Shown here in pieces: positions 11,756 through 26,700 of a stretch of 64,000 nucleotides of DNA (position 1 is its first letter; each line of letters begins with the position of its first letter). The notes beneath the pieces are model-generated. The model had not been told where the DNA came from and did not search any database. It was given only the letters and a program-made list of their open reading frames with translations. The DNA is taken from NCBI RefSeq assembly GCF_964204645.1, contig NC_134026.1, positions 3,805,950-3,869,949 of the forward strand, in the 5' to 3' direction. The DNA is from Tubulanus polymorphus (lineage: Eukaryota; Animalia; Nemertea). The position numbers and the translations under genes are program-made.

Positions 11756-14700
11756 ATGGTCCTTGCAAATGTTATTTTTGGAGTAAAGTGTGAAACGATG
11801 TCTACGACCTCACAAGAAAACGAAGACGAATTCTTAACAATCGCACCAGAGGTGAATTTCTATTTTTTTTGTAAAATTACTGGTCAAACCACATAGATGA
11901 GATTTAGATAGGTTTCGATTGGACTACCGATTCAGGAATATCTCTTCCGGTGCGTTCGTTTCGACCAGCGGCTCTGCCTATTCAGGAATAGCATAAACCT
12001 GATAGAAGCGACCGGTAGAGAGTTTGTGATACGGAATTCTATCCTTAAACCGAAATAAGTGCAACCGAAACCTGTCTGGATCCCATGAAATCCTCTTGAA
12101 ATCAAATGGCCGATGAAATCATAGAACTCAAATCAAATTGATTTGAGCTCTATGATGAAATCAAGTGTTAAAGTCACCAGCAAAGACGTGACGATGAAAA
12201 ACCATTATTGAGAACAAATCGACACATCGATTTGCTGAAACGAATATTCGTCGAACACAGATATTCTTGTGATATTTTCTTTTTATCTTGTATCAGGAGA
12301 AAGAAGATGATCTTCTGGCTGACGGGTTGATGCAGAAACTGCAGCAACTTGTTGTGAAGCAAGGCGTCGATCTGTCGAATAAGACACAGACTCAGATGTT
12401 GAACGCACTTGAAAATGTCATTACCGAAAGCCATAACCCAGCGGTATGATTACTTAAAGTTAATTGTACTTTCTCGAATTTAAACGTCGCCTGTTTCAAC
12501 ACGAAGAATGGATGATTTGATTTGATTTAAATTAGATACATATGTCACGCTCGACGGGGTTCGGCGCACATGTCGGAAATCAAATTATATCTCAAATATG
12601 TATCCGTTGTTATTCGCAGGCCAAGAAACATTTGCTCGGCGGCAGCTTGGAAGGATTAGTACGTATATTATATAACCAAAACGATTTTCATCTTCCAATA
12701 ATTCTTGATTTTTTCGAAACGTTCCTAAAAATCCAGTTCAACAAAGCACATATTCTCAATTTGCACCAGAATCTATCTGCGCATGTTAGCCAATTCTATG
12801 TACATTAACAGTGAAATCAAAATCAGTATGAATTTGTGTGTAGAGTTCTACGCTCAGTCATTTTTTGAGTTTGAATTGATAGATTCTGTAGTGTTTGTTT
12901 ATGCATTGGTTTTCACACGATACAACATAACAACAGCTCGTCCATCCTAGAATCTGGGGCTGAGTATTTACCAAACTGTGTATAGATTCAGGAAAAAGGA
13001 CCCCTTAAACCAACATCCATTCTATACGATATTGAATAATAAACAATTATCAATAGTTAGGTAATCATCATTGTGGGGCATGTTTCTATACCAGACGTTG
13101 TTACTGTTTCGTGTAAACACAGACCGTGAAATTTAATGATGGATGTTTCAACGTTTTATGTAGTACGAACATGATTCGTCGATGATTCAAATTCGCCTCA
13201 ACGACAAGAACCGAAAAATGCAGGAGCCATCGAAACTTTGGAAAAATGGCATCGTCCCTTACGTTATTCTCGACAAAAGTCGGACCAAGAAACCGTTGAC
13301 GCGGCATCAAAAGCGTCTGCTTGAAAAGACGATCAGATTCTTCGAGAGTAAAACATGTTTAACCTTTCCAAAGTGGTACAAAGGTTTTAACAAAGATCAT
13401 AATCGCGACGTAGACGGTTATTTGAGATTTTTCCAAGGAGACGGGTAAGCTGGTTTCATAAAAAAATCGCGGCGAGGATTGGCTATTTATCAGTTAGAAT
13501 CATTAAATTAAGCGTGACCTTTTCTATTGATATGTATAGCTGTTTCTCCGGGGTTGGAAATTGGAAATCAAAATACGGTCAACCGATCTCACCATGCGAT
13601 CATATGGTAAGCTTGAAAGCTTGAAAATCATAATTCGCGTTATACATCACTAATGTTACTTCATATCATAAAACAGTTGAACAGTTTAAGGCTCACCGCA
13701 TGTGCGACATTACGAGCTGTCATGATTGACCTCTCAGCTATCGTACAATGATGGTAATGACATGCGATAATTGTCCTCATTTTGTAACCTTTATATAATA
13801 CACGATGAAATAGTGTCTCCGCACAAGCACAAAATGACCACACTTACCACTGGGCGCTACCGTAACCAGTCCTTTTTCGACCGAATTGTACATATTTTTA
13901 TCAATATACGTAGTGTACACCGATAAAGAAGGATATGATGATAACTATGATATCACGACACAATCACATGATATTTCATTTATACATTGCGGAAGTTTTC
14001 TGAAAATGTTTTCTTATGATTTCTATAGTCGACCGTGATGCACGAGATAGGTCATGCGATTGGAATGGAACACGAGCAATCCAGGCTGGATAGAGACCGT
14101 TATTTGAAAGTTTATCCAGAAAACTCCAGTACGTTGTATAAAGAATAGTTAGAATTGAAAAAAAATTATCGATTTGTATAGAAATCATTGCTGATCTGAT
14201 AGAGAGATAGTTGGCGCATAGATTTTAATTAAAATTGAACTTGAAATGATCGAAAGTTCAATCACATATAATGCGATATTCTGACTGACTTGATCTCTTT
14301 TCATCATATATCTAATGATAGCAATTTGAGCTGATTGAATATATTTCTATAGAATTGACGATGAATAAGCACGGTGCAGCGGACACAATATTTGATCTAT
14401 CTGCACCATACGACATGTCATCAATCATGCAATATGGATTATGGGTAAGAAGTTCAAAACTTAAAAATCAATAATGTAAAAATGTCGTCAGTTTGAAGCG
14501 AAAATAACTAAAACAGGAAATCTAGGCTAAAATATGGGCTACACAGTGAAGAATGAAGGTTTTGCTTTTTCAATCCATGAAATTTGATAAGACCGTGGTA
14601 GAATTGCTTCCATGCCTCCGTAGACCAGACCATCATCAAGGGCTGCCAACCTCTGAAAAGTGCTGTTAGTGACAAATTGATTTTTTCAGTAACATTTCAT

Positions 14701-17700
14701 TCAAACGTGAAAGAAAGAAAAAATTCAGATTAATCAGTAATCAACAGCAAGACCCTCAGTAACATCTTTCATATTTCTGTGTACATCAAACAAATCAAAT
14801 CAGTCTTAACAAATACTGAAAATCAGGAAAAGTTGGCAGCTCTGATGATAATACATGTATAACATGATCAGAATAATTTCCGCCCACTCATTGATTTATT
14901 TGCGAAATATCAATTGCCGATTTTATATTAGGATTTCAGTAAAAATGGTAAAATTGTCTACGATCCGAAAGACAAGTCGCAAAGATATTTGATCAAAAAT
15001 AACGATGTGGTAACTTTTTATGATCGTATGTCCATTAATGCTGCTTATCAATGTATAGGTAATTTGAAAGCTGAACCTGTTTTGCTTAAACCGCACAAGA
15101 TGGATTATATTTGAATCCGTATATCTTATCTCTTTGCAATTTCGTATGCAGAATTGAAATGTCCCGACGCCAAAAAGTTGAAATGCAACAACGAAGGATT
15201 TTTTGGTTACGAGGAAAATACGTGTAGGTGTATTTGTCCAGAAGGATTGATGGGCCCAACCTGCGATGAACTCTATAAACCGAGTAAGTGAACTAACTGA
15301 CTATATTATACTGAACATCGTTGAAGCGCAATATTTTCGAAACATGATGTATGTGCGACCTGCAGGAAAGATGCCGGCAAAATGGCCGAAAGGGTCCTAT
15401 GGTTTACCCATGACCGAAGAGAAATGCATCGACGAAACGTGGATGACGGGTAGTTTGAAAGAACATATCGTGAAAAGGACGGCGCCGGAAGAAAAACTAG
15501 ATGAACTAGATGGCGACGATGAACCTCAGTTTGTTAACGTGTACGCAAGGAGCAAGTTTACCCCGTGGCGATATTGTATGGCGGGTGATTTGAAGATCGA
15601 TTCGTCGTATGACTGGCCTCCTGGATTCTACTGCATATACAAATATGGTGGAGATTGTCCTTCAGGTCAGTACAGTGTGTATGCAAATCATACTTAAGTC
15701 GTGATCAATACGTATCACCGTATGAAATATTTTATTTTTGTAGGTTTTTCGAAAGGAAACCTACAATTTGGCAATACGGATAAGACAGGGGAAGGAGCAA
15801 TACCAGATGGGCAACAACTTAATAGCACGGTTCAAATCCAGTTTTGCTGTCGGTCAGACGGAATCTTTACGAGTGACAGAATACTACTACCACGTCAGAA
15901 ACCATTTTTCTTGTTCCAAAAGAGTTCAGAATGCCAACAAGTCGAAGGTGAAATATAGATGAAAAAGTATTTCTGCCGAATAAAGAATTTTCATTTCAGC
16001 CCTTTCCAAAGTGCACATAAAGTTGCAACAGCGTGGTACTCGTAAACTACCAAAAGTCATATCACTATTTTCACACGTTAAGTAATCCATCAAAGTATTT
16101 GAAGCGACAACGAATATGTAACTATGCCGTAATGAATTGAGTCATTCTTAAAATAGATATTTATTCGCATGATTACAGGAATGCACGTGAAAAGTGATTA
16201 TCATGATTTTGCAAACAAGAACTACAGCATTTCCGGTTCTCATCCTTACATCACAACTTGGCGCAACAAACTACAATTATACCACTGTTCCTACGTGCCT
16301 TTTGATAACGGTAATTTCCCAACTACTTCATAATACCATCGATATCATAACGAAATAGCGTATGGTGGATTTAGCGAAATTTTCGATTTCAGAATGTGGC
16401 GGTATGATAGATTTGACGAAGGAACAGCGCGAACACAGAATTACCTCTCCTGGATATCCAAACCAACTTGGTAAACATATGAACTGTTTGTGGTTTATCA
16501 AGGTAATTCTCAAATTATCTTGACATGACTGGTGTGTAAGATAAATAGGATTTACGAATAGTTCCTATTGGCCTGGCAAGAGAATTGGTCTGGCAGAATG
16601 AAAAAGCCATTTTTTTATTGATATCTTGGGTAGAAATTCAAATATCTACCGCTAATCATATTCTTTTTGACAGGGTGCAGAGCATTCAATCATACGCGCG
16701 GATATAGATTTACTTAACTTAGAACGAGATTCGTCAGGAAAATGCACAGAAAACTATCTGGAAATCAAACGGCACCGTATTGCACAGCCCGGAACGAGGT
16801 AAATACTAGGAAAACGTTTACAAGCGAATTAAGATATAACGATTTACATTCTAGATATTAGAGAGGTCAGCCTGAATTGGGTTCGATATTAATAGACATG
16901 GTTCATTTTCGACTACAGGTACTGTGGGAATATGCAGGTTATGAAAAGCTTCGTTACTACCACGAATTATCTGATGGTACGATTATCAACGTTTGGCGAT
17001 GCCGACAACAATAGGGGATTCTCTATGAGAGTTCGACAACTAACTGGTATGAAAACGATCGTGACTAAACATATATTTTGTCAAGCAAACAAAAAATTCA
17101 AGATAACAACTACGATGAACAACTAACCCAAACATGAATTGTGGATTTTTTTAAATGTTTTCCAGCAGAAAACGATTTCTGTTATAATTACCACGATTCC
17201 GGCGCATCATACAGGGGTACCGTCAACTTAACACAAAGTTATATGCCTTGTCTCAGCTGGGATAAAGTTACTCATTGTCCCTACCACACGTTTATTCCTA
17301 CGTAAGTGACAGAATAAATCATAAAATTAGATAACCTCCCGCATCAATTTGAATATTTTCGCGAACAAAATTTAGAGCAGATGAATAGATTGTCCGATTG
17401 TTTCGTTTTGAAGCGGATTCTACTCGGGTTTGGAGGGAAATAATTACTGTCGAAACCCTGGCAATCTGCCAGCTCCTTGGTGTTACATACAAGCAGAAGA
17501 CTGCAAACAGGATTTATGCGACGCTTGTCAATTTCGTAAGTTTGGAAAAAATTGTTTTCGAAAACTCAAATCTCTCAATAAATATCTCAACTCTCGAAGT
17601 ATTTATAATTTTTTTTCAGGGAAATGTTTAGATTTGTGGGACAACTGCGAGGAACTCAAGGGCGATGTTGATTATTGCACATTGGACCCTACGGCTAAGA

Positions 17701-20700
17701 TAGGATGCCGAAGATCGTGCAATTTATGCAGAACAGAAAAATCACGTAAATTAACAGGTATATATTTATTTTTCATACACAAAAAATATGTTCTTATCGT
17801 TTCGTTCTTTACTTGGATATGATCAACTATTTATTGAAGTGTCCCGAGTCACATTTCCGTCCCTTAGAAATACAAAAAGATGTTTCCGTATGTACGGTAT
17901 CTCATCAGGAGATTATTGACATTTTTCCGTATTTTGATAACAGATGTATACATTTTCCCTGTTTTCTTATTACAGAAATCCGATGTAAACGTCCAGCGAT
18001 ACCGAATGATAACACGCGATACATTTTACCAATAAAAAACTTGTACAGCGTCGGCGAAAAGATCTTTTACAAATGCGTTAAAGGAGATGGTCATTACAAA
18101 CAAATCTGTTTGAGTGACGGTACATGGAGCTGGACGGATACAATATGTTCAGGTTAATTACGAGAACATTTTTTTTCACCAAGAATTATTATTCTTCAAG
18201 ACTAAGCGAACTGGACATCAATTAGTATGATTATAGTTATGGATGCATATCTAAATCCATTACGGGTATCTTTTTTAATTCAAGAATGCGCTGCCGGGTT
18301 CCATCAAATCGGTAGAAATTGTTACCGAATCGCAACGGATTATGGCATGGTGCTAATCGACGAGGCAGAAAGTATATGTGCAGCTATGGGTTACCATCTA
18401 GTGACGATTGATAGCAAAGAAAAAATGGATGAAGTCAGAAAAGTAATGTACGTCAATCGTATAAACGTACTTCGTTTACCATTCATTTAAACTATTGCTG
18501 ATTTAGGTTCATAACTAAACGAAGTCAAGCAGATCTAATGATGGCCAAACCCTTTTAAATCTAGAACCGATCGATTCATAAATTGGAGTTTTCCATACGG
18601 CTTGTATTTCTAGGACTAACGATCGCTCGACAGCTGAAGCGTATTTCATTGGTCTGAAAAGAACCGCGTCGAATTCTAAGACTTTTCGTTGGATGGATGG
18701 TTCACCGGACAACGGATACGAAAACTGGATGAGAGGTCAACCTAACAATTTCAATGGACAGCAGGACTGTGTACAAATATATCGAGCTAATGGTCTCTGG
18801 AACGATGTACCTTGTTCATATAGCCGTCATTTCATCTGCGGAGGTCTTGCAGCAAGTATGTTTCATAGCTGACTGTATTCGTTTTTATTCAAGTATTTCT
18901 GATCCAGGAATGATAAGCCATTATCATAAATTGAATGATTATAGAAAACGAAGGCACGTGTGAAGATACTCTGAAGAATTGTCCGGAATTCCTCAGCAAA
19001 AATCCGGACACGTGCATTAAACACCCAGAATTTGCAAATGTTAAATGTCGCGAGAGTTGTGGATTTTGTATCAATGAACTTAAAGGTAAGATTTCAAAAC
19101 ACAAGAAGTCTAAATATATGATCAAGATACTAATAGTAGCAAATTGGTTGTATTATAGATCGAATAACATGCAGTCAAGCGGGACAAGGCAATGATGCTA
19201 AATTACTTAACGAAACGATTACAACTTTCCGAATCGGACAAACCATAGTATTTGAATGTAATGATGGCTATAAACTAACCAGCGGCGATCTGTTTAGGGT
19301 TTGCCTTCCCAACGGTAAATTCTCCGGTGAAATTCCAACGTGTAAAGGTCAGTATAAACAAATTATGAAAAATGATGGAAATAGTTCAAATCGATAAATC
19401 GGGATGATTGTTATTCATTAAGAATACGGATGTTTCAAAAATGTCATATTTGCTAAGACTATAAAATTAATTATCTGAAACGCTCCGTACTAAACTTTAC
19501 GAACGGAATCGTCTGGTCACACTTTTTCCAGATGAGAAATCTGTACCGTTTGTCGTTGGAAGTCTTGTAACTGCGAGAAGATACAGAAATAGCCCAGGGG
19601 CAGCATTCGTTGATACGACCAATAGAATTGTCAACGAAGGCAAAATCGTATCGTGGACATTCTACAGCGCCACCGATGGAGACATTTTTTTACAAGTAAA
19701 TGATCATTTTTTGTAAAACGTCCTGGGGACAGATTTTGTAAGAAAAAAATGCTATCGAGGTTTATAAACCAAGTTACTAACTCGGAATAAACTAGTTATC
19801 TCAATGTAAAGGATTTTACCGAAGTAGTTCATTCCGATCTAGCTTACTGTACTTGGAATTATCCTCCAAAATAGCTTTCAACTGAGAGAACTAGATGTTT
19901 TTTTTACAGTATGTTCCCACGACGCGTCTACGGCAGAGCATAGCGACCCAATGATTTTTTTCTAAATTCGAAATTTCGGCTCAATGACTCGAAATGTCGG
20001 AAAAAATCATAGGGTCGCTGTGCTCTTCCGTTCCGTACGCTTCTGAACATAAAGTAGATATACGCCGAATATCTTTGTTGTAGATCTGGCGTGAAAATAG
20101 CAATGGCAGTTTTACTTTGGTGGGCCAAAATAAAATACAAACGTATAGAAATCGGAAAATGACAGTTCATGTGCACGAGGATGAACAAATCTACGCCCAA
20201 AAAGATAACGTAATCGGCTTCTTCTCGATGAACGGTAGCGGATCCAGTATCTCTTATGATGCGTGTGTCAATGAGTTCGTAAGCAACTTTAAGCCTCACA
20301 TTTACAGCATGGATTATTTCAACGCCGGGAGACCGATGGTTGTTGAGACGCCATTCAAATTCACATTGATAGGCGGGGCTTGTAGAAATTATTCTCTGCA
20401 AGCCAAAGTAATTCCGGGTATGTTATTAACCCGCTTCCACATATTACCTAACTTAGCTGGACATCAGCGTGATTACTATTATTAAGATTATTAAGTTACG
20501 ACCGTAGAACTGGCTCCGATAGCCGCAGTTCCAGGAGTGGAACTTGATTACAGTTATATCGCAGATATACTATTCTCAGATATTTTCGCAATAAGATTCC
20601 CGTTATTATATGCAATAATCTCTCTGTAGGTGTCGTGAAGATGAGTTGCTCGATTGGCCCAGCACCGACGAATGCTCAAGTGAACGTTACTGGCACAGTA

Positions 20701-23700
20701 GATGTGGGCGCACGTATTCTTTACTCGTGCAAAGATTACTACCGTAAAATGAGAGGGAATATACTCAGAATTTGCAAAACAGGAGGAATTCTATCGGGAA
20801 CGCCGATCGCCTGTGAATGTAAATATCCGTGTGTACGGCACTTCCAACATATCGTTTAAATAATAGCCTTTATTTCTAGCTATTTATATGTAACAAGAAA
20901 ATTTTTTTTGTTGAAACGAAATCAGAATCACACTATTATACATGAAATCCCCACGCAGAAAGAAAATCGAGTCCAAAACGGTTTCCTTTAGATATTGATT
21001 TATTTTCTAACGTCTGGGCGATACCCTAATAGTCCTCTTCAGTAATACTAAAATTAATGTTCCTTCGAATTTATTCAAGACATGAATCCGCTTTCAAACG
21101 AATGGATTTTGTTCGGGAAGCGATTTTACAAGCCGGTGATAGCAGCTGTAACGTGGGAACAGGCGACTGGTTTATGCGCAATAGAAAATGCGTTTCTTAC
21201 AACTGTTATTAATGATAAACTCATCTTCAAACTGAAAACTCGTCATCTTCACGCCGGCCGATACTGGACCAGCGCGCGCGGTGATGGTAAGTCTAGCCCG
21301 TTAGTTATGGGTATTTGAGGTCTATGCGGTTTTTTTAATTCAAATAATTCTACGATCTTTAGGAAATCGATTGTCATTGTCGGACTCGTCTGCTCTGGAG
21401 TATTCCCAATGGGAAAATGACGTGCCAATGCATTTTCCAAACACATCTTGTGTTACAATCAATCATCAGGGGAAACTGTCAGCGGAGCTCTGCACCTCAA
21501 ATGCCGGATACATCTGCGAGAAGAGACACGGTAAAATATAGATTCATTTTTATGTTCTGCTTTGTAATCTTTAGACCAATGTGTGAAAATAATCGTCATC
21601 ATCATTTGACCCTTCTTTTGGATTATTAGTTTGTCCTTTCGGGTTTGTCCGAAAAGGCCGGGATTGTTTCTTGGTCATTCGTCAGAACGCAACGTGGCTT
21701 GAAGCGGAGGGATATTGCCCGGCGTTCAATGGATACCTGGCTACCATAAGAAACCAAGGAGAGCATGAGTTTGTAAAGAGGTAAATGACCAAGTTAATTG
21801 TATACAATCATATCATGTTATGGTAAGAAGATACGTATAACATTTTGAAATTTCTGAATGGTTTCAGGTTGGCTCATGATGAGAGCGTCTGGATCGGATT
21901 AAATGACAGAGTAAAAGAAGGCGTCTGGAAATGGACAGACGGCAGCCCTGTTAACTATACTAATTGGGGTTCTTACTGGAATTCCTATCCGCAGCCAACA
22001 CCCACTGGCCCATTGACGGGAGATTGCGTAGTACTCAGTAAAGAAGGCTGGATGGACTTTAAATGGGACGATATCTCGTGCAGCAAAAGACGCTCATTTG
22101 TGTGCAGGACAACTCTTCCGATAGAAGGTTTTCATTCAATAATTTCACCGGATATGCATTGCACGGACTGCACCATATAAACCATTGAAAGAAATCCACC
22201 CACATTAAATTGAAATCTATCCGCCATTATTTTATCAAGGCCTTATATTTTCTATCATGGCCAAGTATCCAATTTGTTTGTGAAAGTTAATTCCATTATC
22301 CAATCAGACGAATAGGTCAATTCGAAATTATTGTTTTTCGTATTATTTGGCAACGGCATATTTTTGGTGTTTATGGTTCATGACTTCAAATATCTCACTT
22401 TCATTAAGATTCGCCTTAGACACATATGTATCCATATGGCCACATACAATGATATATTTTGCAGAAAAGATGACCGATAAAAACCAATATTGCTTCGAAG
22501 CTGACTCGAACCATCCGAAATACCACGGCAGACACCACTTGACTAGATCCGGACTGCACTGTCAGCGATGGGATTCACAGTTTCCGCAAAGACATTCGTA
22601 TTTCAGAAAAGATTCCGATTTCAAAGCCGATTATTCGGTTTCCGCGGCGGCCGATTATTGCAGACAGTTCATGAGACAAACGAAAGTTTGGTGCTACACT
22701 ACTTCGAAAAAACGATGGGAAACGTGTAACATGCTAAATTGTGGTAAGTGATTCAGCGTGTAAATTGAAAGCTATAATCCTGATTCATTCTCTGTGCGAG
22801 CTTCAGCGAAGATGATCTGGGTTTTATTTTTATTCAATCTTAGTGGATACGAAAGCTAAACGATTTTGCCACCATCCTGCGCTCTACGCGAACGTAACCA
22901 TAATCGAGGGAAAGACCGTGTACGAGGAAGGGGAAAGCGCGAAGATGACTTGCAAAGATGGATACTATTTATTTGGGGCAGCGCATGAAAATCTAACATG
23001 CGCCGGTGACAATCTCTGGGAAGGTGAACACTTAAGGTGTATGGGTAAGTGCAGCGTTTCCAAACGATAATCGTTCATTCACTGAAGTAATTCAAGATAA
23101 TCAATTTTCGTCTCTGCAGGCATCGAAATGTTCAGCTGCGAAGTGAGTTCAATACCCGATAGCACGCCCAGTACGAACGAACGGGTTTGGATCGGTAAAA
23201 CAGTGAAATACACGTGCAACCAGTATCACATATACGTCGGTGGCGATCAAGTTCGAAAATGTGGCAAGTCGCGGCAGCTTTTAGGAAACCCGATCATTTG
23301 TGAAGGTAGATTGCCCCATTTGATCAAAATGTTTTCAGATTAAATTTTATTGTAAAATTGATCGAAATACGTTTATTTTTGAAGACATGCCCGAAAGATG
23401 CCCATCAGGGTGGGTTGTAATTGGTGGACGGTGTACGCTTATCGACCCGACAAAACGAACGTGGATCGAAGCCGACGAATTTTGCGCTAATAACAGCGCT
23501 TTCCTAGTGAAAATACCAGATGAAAATACGAATAAAGAGATAAAGAAGTATTTGAGTAAAATACGATCGAATTCGCAATCAATTAGTAGATTTTGGACCG
23601 GAGCAATCGGCCAAGGTACAATTTATGCGTACTTGTATGCAGCCGACAATTTGCTGGTGAATTTTTGCACGATGATATCTCTTCATGAATTTTCTAACTT

Positions 23701-26700
23701 TCTAAATGCAGCGCGAAAATTGGTCTATCTAGATGAATCATCTATGACTTTTTTCGGAAAATGGATTAAAAAACCTGAAGACGGTCTGGCGAACAAGGCT
23801 TTGGCCGTTGATGTGGATGGGAAGTGGATTGTAGCAAAACGGCGACATAGTCAATACGGATCTATTTGTCAAATGCCTCCCTGTAAGATCTCCTTTATTT
23901 TTTTTTGTCGATTCTACCCGACGCGCGGTTCAATGAGCAATCCAATAGGGTTCGTCTTGCGAAACAAGCAAGATTAACAAAAATAACGCTGAGCAATGAT
24001 TACTTTGTGGTTACCGCTTTTGCTTTGAATTTCAGCGTGTCCAGTTGGATTCACCAGTCGCGGAACTACTTGTTATAAACTATACACAGAAGAGAAAATG
24101 TGGGCGGAAGCGGAAGCTGTATGCGTAAAATATGGCGGCCATCTGTTAACCATTCCAGACGGAGTCTCGAATGAATTCTTCAAATCAATTGCGTATGCTG
24201 ATGCCCATTTTCGCCTTTTTGCTAATAATTTTCTACATTTTCACCAGAACTGATCGTGATTTTAAGTTTCTCATCAATAATCTCAGAAATAATCTCTTTC
24301 TAGTCGTAAATTGGGCAAAAGTGTCTGGATCGGATTCAATGACCGTGTCAAGGAATCTAACTTTGTTTGGACGAGCGAAAAAGCGACGGGTTTTACTGAC
24401 TGGGGCTTGTATTGGGGTCATTACCAACAGCCACATACCAGCGGAGCATTATCCGGAGATTGTGTCGTTTTAAGTAACGCGAATAGTATGAATTACACTT
24501 GGGATGATATTCGGTGCAATAAAAATAGATCGTTCATCTGCGAAATAAAACACCCTTTTGACGGTAATGATTTTCATATTGACCTATAATTAAGCATTTC
24601 CAAGCGGTTTTATATATTTTTCGATGTTTTTCAATGTTCACACAGAAAGCGAAAGCAACTTAGACGAATACTGTGTCCGCGCGGGTGAGATGCCGAGACC
24701 GTATCGCGGTCACCTATCTCATACGAAGAACGGTTATTCATGTCAGCGATGGTCGGAGGAATATCCGCATAAAAAATCGAGGACAAGACTGATAGATTCG
24801 AATTACGCCGACGGATCCAAAATGGCTGCTGCAGATTATTGCCGGGCGTTCCCCAAATCGAAAAACCCCTGGTGCTACACGTTGGACAAGAAGAAAAGAT
24901 TTGACTACTGCGACCCCGTTACATGCGGTAAAACGTCACGATTAGCAGATTGAAACTTGTTCCATAGAAATTGATTAGTTGTCACCTTATTCAGATTTAT
25001 TTACAGAATCCGGAATGTCATACTGCCATCCACCTCCCGTTCATCGTAACGTGGCCTTAGAGCCGAGAAAACTGGTCTACAGATATGGCGACCAAGTACG
25101 AGCTAGCTGCAAATTCAATGGCACATTGCACGGCGGAAGTACTCTCCGCTGCCATGGAAATAATATTTGGTCAGGTCTGTCTCAAAGATGTACCTATACC
25201 GATGGTGGTAAGTCAGTGCACATATAAGTTATTTAATATCTTTTTTGCGTAGTGCATCCTCAAAGAAATAAAGAAATACTTGCGTCTCTTCTGAAAATCA
25301 AATGCGTGCGTGCTTAATCCAATAACTGTATGAATGTCAATGTAATTATAAAATGTAGACCAAAGGCGAATTAATTGCATACTACCGAATGACGAAGATG
25401 CTTCAGAGTTTATTGGAACCAATGATGTGACTATTGACGGTTATATTTGTCAACGATGGGACTCGCAATATCCACACAAACACACTAGAACTGATAAGTC
25501 GTTTCCATTGGATGGTTCTGCTAAAGCTGCGAGTAACTATTGCCGATCCGTTACTGAATCAAGGCCTTGGTGTTACACGCTCGACAGCAAAGTTCGATGG
25601 CAATTCTGTGACGTCCCCGTTTGTGGTATGATGTCTTAATTGATGAACTTGTTACTGTGTGTGTGTGTCGTAATTCTTCGTGAAAATATATATATATATT
25701 CGTTCCTGTTCTTTCTTTCAAGAAATACCGACCTGTCGCGTTCCGCAATTTGCCAACGTGACCACGACGGCGGCGGAGAATAAGCAACTGATTCTGGAAG
25801 GAGATGACGTCACGATGACGTGTCAAAATGGATTCTTCCCGGATGACGATTCCGCAAAAACTATTCAATGTAATGGATCAGGCTTGTTCTCCGGGAAGCC
25901 GAGGCGGTGTATGGGTACGCAGAACAATGAAAGAATCTACTTCAAATCTTTTTTTTTTGTTTTCGCCTGATTTGCCGAGCAATCAATCATAACTTGATGA
26001 GTTCTGATGTGAAGCATCTTTCCCAAACACAATTTCTAAAATAAAAAAAAATTCTTATGGTGTTGCTAGGCCTGCATTTTTTGGACTTAGAATTGTCGAA
26101 TTTAAAAATGTCAATATTAAAGAAAAACGGACAAATTTCAATCGTAAGAATATCTATAACCTACGTATTATGAACTTTAAGTTTTTGAACAGGCAGTTCT
26201 AAATAAGTTTTCAACACCTCAAAACTCTTCGGGTTTGACGCTTGTGTGCCATATTTGCTGACTTTTTTAAGGTTCTGATATGTTCACGTGCGTGGTTGAC
26301 GTACCGTCTGGTAGCGTGGCAAACACTTCCGGTCGCGTATGGATCGGAACATCGGTCAAATATTCCTGTAAACAGTATCAACTATACATTGGTGGTGACG
26401 AAATCCGAAACTGCGAAAAGTCTTCGCTGAAATTATCTGGCACACCGATAATTTGCCGAGGTAAAGTTCTGCTTAGTGTTTTGCATTTACTACTTGTATT
26501 CATTCAATTATTAGCTATATATGATTTTTAATTGTTTAATTTGTTAATCAATTGCAAAATATTCATTCCAGACTTTATCACAGAACAAATTACTTACGTT
26601 ATTGAATAGATAAAACTAAACCGATTGATACATCGTTTCGTTTCAGAAATGCCTGAACGATGTCCACCGGGATGGGTAATGATTGGACAACACTGTGTTA

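Noticed and set aside
13182-13760. Apparent loss of the astacin zinc motif (pseudo-protease), since the ORF track shows no HExxH
   Set aside because: The intact motif is on the short exon 14029-14128 and the Met-turn on 14353-14444.
19928-20401. 157-aa minus-strand ORF and similar antisense ORFs across 12-37 kb
   Set aside because: Antisense shadows of + strand coding exons, with no independent motifs.
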